Origin: Escherichia coli
GTDB taxonomy: Bacteria; Pseudomonadota; Gammaproteobacteria; Enterobacterales; Enterobacteriaceae
Strand: one strand, 5' to 3'
Assembly (NCBI RefSeq): GCF_003019035.1
Contig: NZ_CP027447.1
DNA length: 64,000 bases
Shown: in pieces, positions 39,036-48,890 of the stretch
Position numbering within the stretch: position 1 is the first letter of the stretch
How the letters are laid out: each line of letters starts with the position of its first letter
Notes under the pieces: generated by a model
The model's database searches: none
The model's input: only the letters and a program-made list of their open reading frames with translations
Told to the model about the DNA's origin: nothing
Position numbers and translations under genes: made by a program

Positions 39036-39400
39036 GAGTCGCCGCCTGTGAAAAACTTTCGTGTATCGTGACAATTTTTCGTCAGAGTAAATAACAAAAT
39101 TCGGCAAGCGCGTTTAAAAGGTGAGGTAGATCACTAAGAATGGAGAGATATTTTATGTTAAGAAAAAAAACATACATTGTATGAATATAAACGGGAACCA
39201 ATAAGTTTTGTTTATCATATGTACTACAACATCTTTTAATAATCCCTCGAATCACCCGACGTTGTATTTTTAATAATTAGCAGAATACATATTTAATGTA
39301 CTGTTGTATTCTGAAAAATATTATTATCTTCACCCCATTTAAAATACATCTTACGCGATGATTTTATTCAGGAAATAAATAAAATGGATGGATCCCTGGA
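39036..39400. promoter_or_regulatory. AT-rich divergent promoter region (eut operon promoter upstream of eutS; promoter of the plus-strand glycosyltransferase cassette)
   Basis: 365-bp strongly AT-rich spacer between the divergent eutS and glycosyltransferase starts; the regulatory role is inferred, no site was mapped. Confidence 0.5.
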
Positions 39401-40471
39401 ATGAAAATTCACTACCTTGTCACCACCCTCGAAGCGGGAGGCGCTGAATTTGCGATTCCTGATATTGTGACTACTCTGCAAGACCTTGGTCATGAGGTGA
39501 AAATTTATGTCTGTGAACCCCGCGATATGGGAGCAGCGCCTCGTCTGGAAGCCGCTGGATTATCCTGGTGTTTATTATCAAATCGGCGGCGTTCTGAACC
39601 CATGCTTGTAGCTGCTTATCTGGCAAAAATCATTCACGACAAACCCGATCTCATCTGGACTTCGTTAAGTTGGGGGACTCGTATTGGGCAATGGGTCGGC
39701 CGGCTTATGGGCATTCCTGTTATCAGTTTTAAACATAGCGCCAGCGTAAAACCAGCGACCTGGCGTATGCGCAACATGTCTCGTTTATGGATAGGAGATT
39801 CTGAAACCGTAGCTCAATACCTGCATGAAACCATGTTGATCCCGAAGCAACAAGTGCTGTGCTGGCCCTTTTTTCAGGCGAATCCGCAAGCTGCCCAAGC
39901 GCAAAACTGGGACGGGAAATCAGTTTTACAATTAGGCTCTGTTGGACGCCTGCATGAAGTTAAAAATTACGCTGGATTAATTACAGCACTCGCTTCGTTT
40001 GTAGATAAAAACCCGCAATTGCGCTCGCGAATCCGATTAACCATTCTCGGTGAAGGGCCTGAACAGGAAGCATTGCAAAAAACCATAACGCAACACGCGT
40101 TGGAGGATGTGGTTTGTTTAGCGGGTTTTTCTGCGGATGTCGAAAATTTTCTTGCCGGATTACATGTCTACATCCAGACCTCCCGCTACGAAGGGATGTG
40201 CCTCGCTGCACACGAAGCCATGAATGCAGGGCTTGCAATCATCACGACTCCTGTAGGCGAACTTAAAGAATCGGTAATAGATGGTCATACTGGATATACG
40301 CTTAATGGCGAGCTAACGCCAGCGCTGGAGGGTGTGCTTAACCGTATTTTAAGTGAACCCGAAGAATTAGAACGCTATGGGCAAAATGTGCGGCAGTATG
40401 TATTAGCGAAGTTCAGCCATGAAAATTTTGTCCAGTCTGCAATCAACATCGTCAATAGACTTATTCACTGA
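39401..40471 (+). CDS. Glycosyltransferase family 1 (GT-B fold, GT4-like) protein; accessory gene
   Basis: 356-aa ORF; C-terminal region RYEGMCLAAHEAMNAGLAIITTPVGELKESVIDGHTGY resembles the retaining GT1/GT4 sugar-donor binding motif; to my recollection K-12 has no gene between eutS and maeB. Confidence 0.7.
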   Translation: MKIHYLVTTLEAGGAEFAIPDIVTTLQDLGHEVKIYVCEPRDMGAAPRLEAAGLSWCLLSNRRRSEPMLVAAYLAKIIHDKPDLIWTSLSWGTRIGQWVGRLMGIPVISFKHSASVKPATWRMRNMSRLWIGDSETVAQYLHETMLIPKQQVLCWPFFQANPQAAQAQNWDGKSVLQLGSVGRLHEVKNYAGLITALASFVDKNPQLRSRIRLTILGEGPEQEALQKTITQHALEDVVCLAGFSADVENFLAGLHVYIQTSRYEGMCLAAHEAMNAGLAIITTPVGELKESVIDGHTGYTLNGELTPALEGVLNRILSEPEELERYGQNVRQYVLAKFSHENFVQSAINIVNRLIH

Positions 40472-40484
40472 ACAAGGCAGAAAA

Positions 40485-41387
40485 ATGAATTGCTATACCA
40501 CCGATCTTTGGCAGATAGGCATTGTTCAGGCCCCCATACAGCACATTGTTGCTTCTGGCAGTTTGGATGGCTTCAGGATTAAATGGATTACCCCGGATAA
40601 ATCACTCACTTTTCTTGCCGATCCTTTCGGTCTGTGGAAAAAAGGGGTTCTCTATCTTTTCGCGGAATCCTACGATTATCGGACTCGTCGTGGCGATATT
40701 ATCGCTTATAAGCTCAATGCTGACCTGGACGTCATTGAGCAACGAACTGTGCTACAAGAACCCTGGCATCTTTCTTATCCTTTTGTGTTTGAAGCCGATA
40801 ACGAAATCTGGATGTTACCTGAAGGATATAAATCAGGTACGCTAACGTTGTACCGCGCTATAGAGTTTCCCTGGCGATGGGAAAAGGTGCCAGATTTTTC
40901 ATTCCCTTGCGCTGCCATTGATGCCACCCCCTTTTACGCACAAGGAAAATGGTGGATGTTTTATACTCCCCCACTACCAAAGGCAGCCAGGACGGATACG
41001 TTAATGCTCGCTCATGCCCCCCATTTTATGGGGCCATGGGAAAACGTCCTGCAAACTGCCGCGCACAGGAATAAAAGCGGCGCGCGTATGGGCGGAACAC
41101 CATTTGATCATGATGGGCAAATTTTCTTACCAACACAAGATTGCAGCCGAACCTACGGTGGCGCATTGCAGATGCTGACACTAGACCCACAACGTTTATT
41201 AACTCCAGAATTTGCTGCCTCTGTGCGCCTGGAAGTGCCTGCAAGTGCCGCGCCTTTTATTGCTGGCATGCATACGCTTTCTGGCGTTGGCGACGTAACA
41301 TTCATTGATGCCAAGCGACACCTTAAAGGTTCGCCTCAGCGATTATGGGTGGATTTGCAGCGGCGGATACAGAAGTGGATCAGCTAA
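40485..41387 (+). CDS. Hypothetical protein, possibly beta-propeller glycoside-hydrolase-like; co-transcribed with the upstream glycosyltransferase
   Basis: ORF track 40419..41387 trimmed to ATG 40485 (MNCYTTDLWQIGIV...), 13 bp after the GT stop with aagg RBS; DPFG..W and aromatic-rich repeats (WHLSYPFVFEADNEIWMLPEGY, KWWMFYTPP); family assignment unverified. Confidence 0.55.
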   Translation: MNCYTTDLWQIGIVQAPIQHIVASGSLDGFRIKWITPDKSLTFLADPFGLWKKGVLYLFAESYDYRTRRGDIIAYKLNADLDVIEQRTVLQEPWHLSYPFVFEADNEIWMLPEGYKSGTLTLYRAIEFPWRWEKVPDFSFPCAAIDATPFYAQGKWWMFYTPPLPKAARTDTLMLAHAPHFMGPWENVLQTAAHRNKSGARMGGTPFDHDGQIFLPTQDCSRTYGGALQMLTLDPQRLLTPEFAASVRLEVPASAAPFIAGMHTLSGVGDVTFIDAKRHLKGSPQRLWVDLQRRIQKWIS

Positions 41388-41389
41388 AC

Positions 41390-41417
41390 CGCTTACCCTG
41401 AATATTCAGGGTAAGCG
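41390..41417. terminator. Perfect 28-bp palindrome between the accessory cassette and maeB (bidirectional terminator candidate)
   Basis: cgcttaccctgaata/tattcagggtaagcg: 13-bp arms with a 2-nt loop, between convergent ORF 40485..41387(+) and maeB(-). Confidence 0.55.
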
Positions 41418-41434
41418 TGAGAGTTAAGAATGAA

Positions 41435-43714
41435 TTACAGCGGTTGGGTTTGCGCTTCAACCACAGCCAGCGCCACCATGTTGACGATACGACGTACCGA
41501 TGCGATCGGCGTTAACACGTGAACCGGTTTCGCCACGCCCATCAGCACCGGACCGACAGTCACACCTTCCGAGCTGGAAACGCGCAGTAAGTTGTAACTA
41601 ATGCGGGCAGCTTCCATGTTCGGCATCACCAGAATATTAGCGGAACCTTTCAAAGGGCTGTCCGGCATACGGTCGTTGCGAATCGCTTCCACCAGCGCTG
41701 CATCGCCGTGCATTTCACCATCAATCATCAGTTCTGGCGCACGTTCCCTGACCAGTTCCAGCGCCTGACGCATTTTGCTCGACGACGGGCAGTCAGAAGA
41801 ACCAAAGTTGGAGTGCGACAACAGAGCCACACGCGGTTCAATACCAAAACGACGAACAGTTTCTGCCGCCATCAAGGTGATCTCCGCCAGCTCTTCTGCA
41901 TCAGGCTCATCATTGACGTAGGTATCGGCAATAAAGGTGTTACCACTCGGCAACAGCAGCGCGTTCATTGCACCTGCGGTGTGAACGCCATCGCGATAAC
42001 CAAAGACATTTTTCACCACGCTAAAGTGTTCATGATAATCGCCCACCGTACCGCAAATCATTGCATCGGCTTCGCCACGCTGAACCATGATCGCGCCGAT
42101 CACTGTCGGGTTACTGATCAGCGCACGCTGCGCCTGCTCCTGAGTGACACCGCGACGCTTCATGATCTGGAAGTATTCGGTCCAGTACTCTTTAAAGCGC
42201 GGATCGGATTCGTTATTGACGATCTCAAAATCAACACCCGCTTTGATCTGCAAGCCCAGTTTCTGAATGCGCATTTCGATCACGTTCGGACGACCAATAA
42301 GAATCGGTTTCGCCAGTCCCAGCGTTACCAGTTCCTGAGTGGCATGCAGAACGCGCGCCTCTTCCCCTTCCGGCAGAACGACGCGCTTCGGCGCTTTGCG
42401 AGCCTGGGAGAAAATCGGCTTCATAAACAGGTTGGTTTTGTAAACGAACTCCGTCAGCTTGTCGATGTAGACGTCGAAATCAGCAATCGGACGCGTCGCC
42501 ACGCCAGACTCCATCGCCGCTTTCGCCACCGCTGGAGCGATCTTAACGATCAAGCGCGGATCAAACGGTTTTGGAATGATGTATTCCGGACCAAAGCTCA
42601 GATCCTGATCGCCATACGCTGAAGCCACCACTTCACTCTGTTCCGCATGGGCCAGTTCTGCAATCGCGCGTACTGCCGCCAGTTTCATCTCTTCGTTGAT
42701 GGCGGTTGCGCCAACGTCCAGCGCGCCACGGAAGATAAACGGGAAGCAAAGGACGTTGTTCACCTGGTTCGGGTAGTCGGAACGGCCGGTACAGATGATG
42801 GCATCCGGACGCACTTCTTTCGCCAGCGGCGGCAGAATTTCCGGTTCCGGATTCGCCAGCGCCAGGATCATTGGTGCCCGAGCCATTTTCTTCACCATTT
42901 CCTGGGTCAGCACTTTCGGGCCGGAACAACCCAGGAAAATATCCGCGCCTTCAATCACATCATCGAGGGTACGTTTGCCGTCATCCACCACCGCATATGC
43001 GGCTTTGGTTTCCGCCATATTTGGCTCACGGCCCTGATAGATAACGCCTTTTGAATCACAAACCACGATGTTATGTTTTTGCAGCCCCAGCGCCACCAGC
43101 AGGTTCATACAGGCGATTGCTGCTGCACCCGCGCCGGAAACCACCATCCGCACGTCGGAGATGTTTTTCTCCACCACGCGCAATCCGTTGAGGATGGCGG
43201 CAGTGCTGATAATTGCCGTGCCGTGCTGATCGTCGTGGAATACTGGAATATTCATCCGCTCGCGCAGTTTCTGTTCAATATAGAAACATTCTGGCGCTTT
43301 AATGTCTTCGAGGTTGATGCCGCCGAAGGTCGGTTCAAGCGCGGCGACGACTTCAATAAATTTGTCCGGGTCGAGTTCATCAACTTCAATGTCAAATACA
43401 TCAATCCCGGCGAATTTCTTAAACAGAACGCCCTTGCCTTCCATCACCGGTTTGCCTGCCAGCGCGCCAATGTTGCCTAACCCCAGCACCGCCGTACCGT
43501 TAGAGATCACCGCCACCAGGTTACCACGCGCGGTATATTTGTAGGCTTTTAACGGGTCTTTTTCGATTTCAAGACAAGGTGCGGCAACGCCTGGTGAGTA
43601 GGCCAGCGCCAGATCGCGCTGCGTTGCCAGAGGCTTGGTTGGAGAAACCTGGATTTTCCCTGGAACTGGAAATTCATGGAAATCAAGTGCACTTTGTTTT
43701 AACTGGTCATCCAT
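41435..43714 (-). CDS. maeB: NADP-dependent malic enzyme (with C-terminal PTA-like domain)
   Basis: 759-aa [47 protein letters not shown]... Confidence 0.95.
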   Translation of the reverse strand: MDDQLKQSALDFHEFPVPGKIQVSPTKPLATQRDLALAYSPGVAAPCLEIEKDPLKAYKYTARGNLVAVISNGTAVLGLGNIGALAGKPVMEGKGVLFKKFAGIDVFDIEVDELDPDKFIEVVAALEPTFGGINLEDIKAPECFYIEQKLRERMNIPVFHDDQHGTAIISTAAILNGLRVVEKNISDVRMVVSGAGAAAIACMNLLVALGLQKHNIVVCDSKGVIYQGREPNMAETKAAYAVVDDGKRTLDDVIEGADIFLGCSGPKVLTQEMVKKMARAPMILALANPEPEILPPLAKEVRPDAIICTGRSDYPNQVNNVLCFPFIFRGALDVGATAINEEMKLAAVRAIAELAHAEQSEVVASAYGDQDLSFGPEYIIPKPFDPRLIVKIAPAVAKAAMESGVATRPIADFDVYIDKLTEFVYKTNLFMKPIFSQARKAPKRVVLPEGEEARVLHATQELVTLGLAKPILIGRPNVIEMRIQKLGLQIKAGVDFEIVNNESDPRFKEYWTEYFQIMKRRGVTQEQAQRALISNPTVIGAIMVQRGEADAMICGTVGDYHEHFSVVKNVFGYRDGVHTAGAMNALLLPSGNTFIADTYVNDEPDAEELAEITLMAAETVRRFGIEPRVALLSHSNFGSSDCPSSSKMRQALELVRERAPELMIDGEMHGDAALVEAIRNDRMPDSPLKGSANILVMPNMEAARISYNLLRVSSSEGVTVGPVLMGVAKPVHVLTPIASVRRIVNMVALAVVEAQTQPL

Positions 43715-44002
43715 TTGGTTGTTCCTTTCACGTAACGTTCACAAATAAAGTGTGTGGGCAACAGCCCCTGCCCACAACGTGGCGCACATTATTACCCTGC
43801 CGGAGTCTACAGACTTTGAGCAAGTCCAAACTCTCACCATTAATATAATGTTTTGGTAATAATCCTATAACACTGATGTTACCTGCTTAATCCAGCAATA
43901 CCATGCCTGTCTGCTATGCTTTTTTGATGCGTTTAGCGAAATTTCTCAGAAGTGTGAATTAACGCACTCATCTAACACTTTACTTTTCAAGGAGTATTTC
44001 CT

Positions 44003-44953
44003 ATGAACGAGTTAGACGGCATCAAACAGTTCACCACTGTCGTGGCAGACAGCGGCGATATTGAGTCCATTCGCCATTATCATCCCCAGGATGCCACCAC
44101 CAATCCTTCGCTGTTACTCAAGGCTGCCGGATTATCACAATATGAGCATTTAATAGACGATGCTATCGCCTGGGGTAAAAAAAATGGCAAGACCCAGGAA
44201 CAACAGGTGGTCGCTGCATGTGACAAACTGGCGGTCAATTTCGGTACTGAAATTCTCAAAATCGTACCCGGTCGCGTGTCAACAGAAGTTGATGCACGCC
44301 TCTCTTTTGATAAAGAAAAGAGTATTGAGAAGGCGCGCCATCTGGTGGACTTGTATCAGCAACAAGGCGTTGAGAAATCACGCATTTTGATCAAGCTGGC
44401 TTCAACCTGGGAAGGAATTCGCGCGGCAGAAGAGCTGGAAAAAGAAGGTATTAACTGCAACCTGACGCTGCTGTTTTCTTTTGCTCAGGCGCGGGCCTGT
44501 GCAGAAGCAGGCGTTTTTCTGATTTCGCCGTTTGTCGGGCGTATTTATGACTGGTATCAGGCGCGTAAGCCGATGGACCCGTATGTGGTGGAAGAAGATC
44601 CGGGCGTTAAGTCAGTGCGCAATATCTACGACTACTATAAGCAACACCACTACGAAACCATTGTAATGGGCGCGAGCTTCCGTCGCACCGAACAAATCCT
44701 CGCCTTAACCGGCTGCGACCGACTGACTATCGCACCGAATTTGCTGAAGGAGCTACAGGAAAAAGTTTCGCCAGTGGTACGTAAATTAATCCCATCTTCT
44801 CAGACGTTCCCACGCCCAGCTCCCATGAGCGAAGCGGAGTTCCGTTGGGAGCACAATCAGGATGCGATGGCGGTAGAAAAACTGTCTGAAGGCATTCGTC
44901 TATTCGCCGTTGATCAACGCAAACTGGAAGATCTTCTTGCCGCCAAACTATAA
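44003..44953 (+). CDS. talA: Transaldolase A
   Basis: 316-aa [46 protein letters not shown]... Confidence 0.95.
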   Translation: MNELDGIKQFTTVVADSGDIESIRHYHPQDATTNPSLLLKAAGLSQYEHLIDDAIAWGKKNGKTQEQQVVAACDKLAVNFGTEILKIVPGRVSTEVDARLSFDKEKSIEKARHLVDLYQQQGVEKSRILIKLASTWEGIRAAEELEKEGINCNLTLLFSFAQARACAEAGVFLISPFVGRIYDWYQARKPMDPYVVEEDPGVKSVRNIYDYYKQHHYETIVMGASFRRTEQILALTGCDRLTIAPNLLKELQEKVSPVVRKLIPSSQTFPRPAPMSEAEFRWEHNQDAMAVEKLSEGIRLFAVDQRKLEDLLAAKL

Positions 44954-44972
44954 ACCAGCCACGGAGTGTTAT

Positions 44973-46976
44973 ATGTCCCGAAAAGACCTTGCCAATGCGA
45001 TTCGCGCACTCAGTATGGATGCGGTGCAAAAAGCCAATTCTGGTCATCCCGGCGCGCCGATGGGCATGGCCGATATTGCCGAAGTGCTGTGGAACGATTT
45101 TCTTAAACATAACCCTACCGACCCAACCTGGTATGATCGCGACCGCTTTATTCTTTCCAACGGTCACGCGTCGATGCTGCTCTACAGTTTGCTGCATCTG
45201 ACCGGTTACGACCTGCCGCTGGAAGAACTGAAGAACTTCCGTCAGTTGCATTCGAAAACCCCAGGCCACCCGGAAATCGGCTATACGCCTGGTGTTGAAA
45301 CCACCACCGGTCCACTTGGACAAGGTTTGGCGAACGCCGTCGGGCTGGCGATAGCAGAGCGTACGCTGGCGGCGCAGTTTAACCAGCCAGATCATGAAAT
45401 TGTCGATCACTTCACCTATGTGTTTATGGGCGACGGCTGCCTGATGGAAGGTATTTCCCACGAAGTCTGTTCGCTGGCGGGCACGCTGGGACTGGGCAAG
45501 CTGATTGGTTTTTACGATCACAACGGTATTTCCATCGACGGTGAAACCGAAGGCTGGTTTACCGACGATACAGCAAAACGTTTTGAAGCCTATCACTGGC
45601 ATGTGATCCACGAGATCGACGGTCACGATCCGCAGGCGGTGAAGGAAGCGATCCTTGAAGCGCAAAGCGTGAAAGATAAGCCGTCGCTGATTATCTGCCG
45701 TACGGTGATTGGCTTTGGTTCGCCGAATAAAGCAGGTAAGGAAGAGGCGCACGGCGCACCACTGGGGGAAGAAGAAGTGGCGCTGGCACGGCAAAAACTG
45801 GGCTGGCACCATCCGCCATTTGAGATCCCTAAAGAGATTTATCACGCCTGGGATGCCCGCGAAAAAGGCGAAAAAGCGCAGCAGAGCTGGAATGAGAAGT
45901 TTGCCGCCTATAAAAAGGCTCATCCGCAACTGGCAGAAGAGTTTACCCGTCGGATGAGCGGTGGTTTACCGAAGGACTGGGAGAAAACGACTCAGAAATA
46001 TATCAATGAGTTGCAGGCGAATCCGGCGAAAATCGCTACCCGTAAGGCTTCGCAAAATACGCTTAACGCTTACGGGCCTATGCTGCCTGAGTTGCTCGGC
46101 GGTTCGGCGGATCTGGCTCCCAGCAACCTGACCATCTGGAAAGGTTCTGTTTCGCTGAAGGAAGATCCGGCGGGCAACTACATTCACTACGGGGTGCGTG
46201 AATTTGGCATGACCGCTATCGCCAACGGCATTGCGCACCACGGCGGCTTTGTGCCGTATACCGCGACGTTCCTGATGTTTGTTGAATACGCCCGTAACGC
46301 CGCGCGGATGGCGGCACTGATGAAAGCGCGGCAGATTATGGTTTATACCCACGACTCAATTGGCCTGGGCGAAGATGGTCCTACGCACCAGGCTGTTGAG
46401 CAACTGGCCAGTCTGCGCTTAACGCCAAATTTCAGCACCTGGCGACCGTGCGATCAGGTGGAAGCAGCGGTGGGCTGGAAGCTGGCGGTTGAGCGCCACA
46501 ACGGACCGACGGCACTGATCCTCTCCAGGCAGAATCTGGCCCAGGTGGAACGTACGCCGGATCAGGTTAAAGAGATTGCTCGTGGCGGTTATGTACTGAA
46601 AGACAGCGGCGGTAAGCCAGATATTATTTTGATTGCCACCGGTTCAGAGATGGAAATCACCCTGCAAGCGGCAGAGAAATTAGCGGGAGAAGGTCGCAAT
46701 GTACGCGTAGTTTCCCTGCCCTCGACCGATATTTTCGACGCCCAGGATGAGGAATATCGGGAGTCGGTGTTGCCTTCAAATGTTTCTGCCCGCGTGGCAG
46801 TAGAAGCGGGTATTGCCGATTACTGGTACAAATATGTTGGTCTGAAAGGGGCAATTGTCGGGATGACAGGTTATGGGGAATCTGCTCCGGCGGATAAGCT
46901 GTTCCCGTTCTTTGGCTTTACCGCCGAGAATATTGTGGCAAAAGCGCATAAGGTACTGGGAGTGAAAGGTGCCTGA
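44973..46976 (+). CDS. tktB: Transketolase 2
   Basis: ORF track 44910..46976 trimmed to [40 protein letters not shown]; 667 aa. Confidence 0.95.
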   Translation: MSRKDLANAIRALSMDAVQKANSGHPGAPMGMADIAEVLWNDFLKHNPTDPTWYDRDRFILSNGHASMLLYSLLHLTGYDLPLEELKNFRQLHSKTPGHPEIGYTPGVETTTGPLGQGLANAVGLAIAERTLAAQFNQPDHEIVDHFTYVFMGDGCLMEGISHEVCSLAGTLGLGKLIGFYDHNGISIDGETEGWFTDDTAKRFEAYHWHVIHEIDGHDPQAVKEAILEAQSVKDKPSLIICRTVIGFGSPNKAGKEEAHGAPLGEEEVALARQKLGWHHPPFEIPKEIYHAWDAREKGEKAQQSWNEKFAAYKKAHPQLAEEFTRRMSGGLPKDWEKTTQKYINELQANPAKIATRKASQNTLNAYGPMLPELLGGSADLAPSNLTIWKGSVSLKEDPAGNYIHYGVREFGMTAIANGIAHHGGFVPYTATFLMFVEYARNAARMAALMKARQIMVYTHDSIGLGEDGPTHQAVEQLASLRLTPNFSTWRPCDQVEAAVGWKLAVERHNGPTALILSRQNLAQVERTPDQVKEIARGGYVLKDSGGKPDIILIATGSEMEITLQAAEKLAGEGRNVRVVSLPSTDIFDAQDEEYRESVLPSNVSARVAVEAGIADYWYKYVGLKGAIVGMTGYGESAPADKLFPFFGFTAENIVAKAHKVLGVKGA

Positions 46977-46997
46977 TGGTGATCGCCGGATGCTGTA

Positions 46998-47057
46998 TGT
47001 TCCCCTCACCCTAACCCTCTCCCCAGAGGGGCGAGGGGACGGTCCGTGCGCTTTTTA
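46998..47057. repeat. GC-rich palindromic intergenic repeat (second copy) downstream of tktB
   Basis: tgttcccctcaccctaaccctctccccagaggggcgaggggacggtccgtgcgcttttt; 54/58 identical to 31498-31555, same orientation. Confidence 0.7.
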
Positions 47058-47078
47058 GGGGCGCATCTGGGATTTTGT

Positions 47079-48122
47079 TTAACGGGTGATCCACAACGTG
47101 GGCCAGGCGTCTGGCCCATGCCAGTTATCGCAGGTGGGTTCTGCGGCGTAACGCACCAGGCGAAAACGCTGACCGTCAAAGCGCCAACGCGCCTGAATGC
47201 CACAATCGCTTAATCCGCGCCCTTTCGCTAAGGTCACCAGTTCACGCGATTTCTCATCAAATGTTGCGTTCATCAGTTCCAGTTCATTCGTCTCCTGACC
47301 GTTGTTGAACGGCAAACGCAACCGAACCGGGCGCGAGGCTAGCGGCTTTTTACGCGACACAATCCATGCCAAATCAATGGTGTTATAGGCCCCTGCCTCA
47401 CAGCTAATCATCATCAGTGCTTTATCATCGGTCAGCGCAGTGACATTCACCTCACGACGTAACGGATCAAGCGAGCAGCGCAGACCATTCATCCGCCAGT
47501 TTCCATAATCCAGCAAATCGTTGCGTTCTTCGAGTGAGAGTGGCGTCGGCGTTGGGTTAACCACCGCGACCTCTTTCAGCGCAGGCGCAGGCGGTACGCT
47601 GAGCGGCGGTTCGTCCCCTTTCTTTATCCACGCGGTTTCACTGCCAACGCGCTTTTGCTGAGCATCAATAAACAACAACGCCGCTTTTAAGCCATTCAGA
47701 GAAATGGTCTGATTGCCATCGCGTAAGGTGATTGCCTTCCCTTCCTGAATCAGCTGCAAAAACGCGGTGATGGTTGCCGTATCATCGGTTACTAGTAACC
47801 ATGGTGAAATCCGCCACTTGTCACCACTTAACGCCAACGGCTCACCATCTAACAGCAGCCGTGGCGCTATCTCCCCTTCAGACGCATCCGGCGACTTCAA
47901 CCCGCCGCGCTCAATACGTAAAACGGCATCGGTATGCGCCCCGGCGCTGCGGCTCAGGGTCATCACCAGTCCATTATGATCGCCCGTATTGCGCGCTACA
48001 CAGAAATTTTGGTTATTACAGGTAACCTGCCAGTCGGAAAACGCCCGTTGCGCTGGTGCCGCCCACACCAAAGACGTCGGCAACAAAGCGAAAAAAAAGA
48101 GAAGGAAAATGCGATAGCGCAT
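47079..48122 (-). CDS. ypfG: DUF1176-family periplasmic protein YpfG
   Basis: 347-aa ORF with signal peptide MRYRIFLLFFFALLPTSLVWAAPAQ. Confidence 0.8.
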   Translation of the reverse strand: MRYRIFLLFFFALLPTSLVWAAPAQRAFSDWQVTCNNQNFCVARNTGDHNGLVMTLSRSAGAHTDAVLRIERGGLKSPDASEGEIAPRLLLDGEPLALSGDKWRISPWLLVTDDTATITAFLQLIQEGKAITLRDGNQTISLNGLKAALLFIDAQQKRVGSETAWIKKGDEPPLSVPPAPALKEVAVVNPTPTPLSLEERNDLLDYGNWRMNGLRCSLDPLRREVNVTALTDDKALMMISCEAGAYNTIDLAWIVSRKKPLASRPVRLRLPFNNGQETNELELMNATFDEKSRELVTLAKGRGLSDCGIQARWRFDGQRFRLVRYAAEPTCDNWHGPDAWPTLWITR

Positions 48123-48247
48123 GGACGGTACGACCCCAGAAGTTCAAACAAACAGCACAAGTCGTATCTTCGTTGCGCAGGTAGCGCGGCTCAATCGGAT
48201 TTGTCGGATTGAGCCAATAATAAACAACGAAATATTATTGTTATTTT

Positions 48248-48823
48248 TCAGTCCATTAAATGTGACGTTTGCAAATAGTTAAGCAATAACACCGTCTTAC
48301 CGTCACGTATCTCGCCGGTTTTAATCATCTCCAGCGCCTGGCTGAACGGCAGCTCAAGCACTTCAATATCTTCATCTTCGACACCACCACCGGCGTTAGC
48401 GCGCTGGCTGTCACTGTATTCGGCGATAAAAAAGTGGATTAGCTCAGTCACACCGCCAGGCGACATATACAGTTCAAATAATTTGCGCACTTCGCCAACT
48501 TCATAGCCCGTCTCTTCAATCGCTTCTTTGCGAATGCACACTTCCGGTTCGTCGTTATCCAGCAGCCCGGCGCAGGTTTCAATCAGTTGCCCGCTTTCAT
48601 TGCCATTAACCCAGGTAGCGACGCGGAACTGACGAATCAGAACCACGGTCTTTTTCTTCGCGTTGTACAGGAGGATCGTCGCACCATTACCGCGATCGTA
48701 AACTTCACGTTTATGGCGGATAACTTCGCCATCTTTGCGCGTGAGATCGTAAGTAATGTTGTGCAGGGTGAAATAGTTATCGGAGAGAATTTTGTCTTTA
48801 ATGAGGGTGATTTGTTGCGTCAT
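48248..48823 (-). CDS. nudK: GDP-mannose pyrophosphatase (Nudix hydrolase) NudK
   Basis: ORF track 48248..48850(-) trimmed to [27 protein letters not shown]; Nudix box [21 protein letters not shown]; 191 aa. Confidence 0.85.
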   Translation of the reverse strand: MTQQITLIKDKILSDNYFTLHNITYDLTRKDGEVIRHKREVYDRGNGATILLYNAKKKTVVLIRQFRVATWVNGNESGQLIETCAGLLDNDEPEVCIRKEAIEETGYEVGEVRKLFELYMSPGGVTELIHFFIAEYSDSQRANAGGGVEDEDIEVLELPFSQALEMIKTGEIRDGKTVLLLNYLQTSHLMD

Positions 48824-48890
48824 ACCGACTCCACAGCGCGAAATGAACAATTATCTTACGCTGTGAAGTCGGGTTTGTCTGCGCAGGCTA

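Noticed and set aside
39143-39187. 14-codon ORF (MERYFMLRKKTYIV) in the eutS upstream AT-rich region
   Set aside because: No Shine-Dalgarno sequence and composition typical of AT-rich non-coding DNA. It cannot be told apart from chance without conservation or ribosome-profiling data.
41708-42622. 304-aa plus-strand ORF inside maeB
   Set aside because: Antisense to maeB, which is supported over its full 759 aa; spurious.
44727-45929. 400-aa minus-strand ORF spanning the talA/tktB junction
   Set aside because: Antisense to two well-supported genes and running across their intergenic spacer; no ribosome-binding site and no recognisable domain.
48188-48215. 9-bp inverted repeat in the ypfG-nudK spacer, considered as a terminator
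   Set aside because: No U-run follows on either strand and the loop is long (10 nt). It may be a protein-binding site, but the evidence is too weak to annotate.
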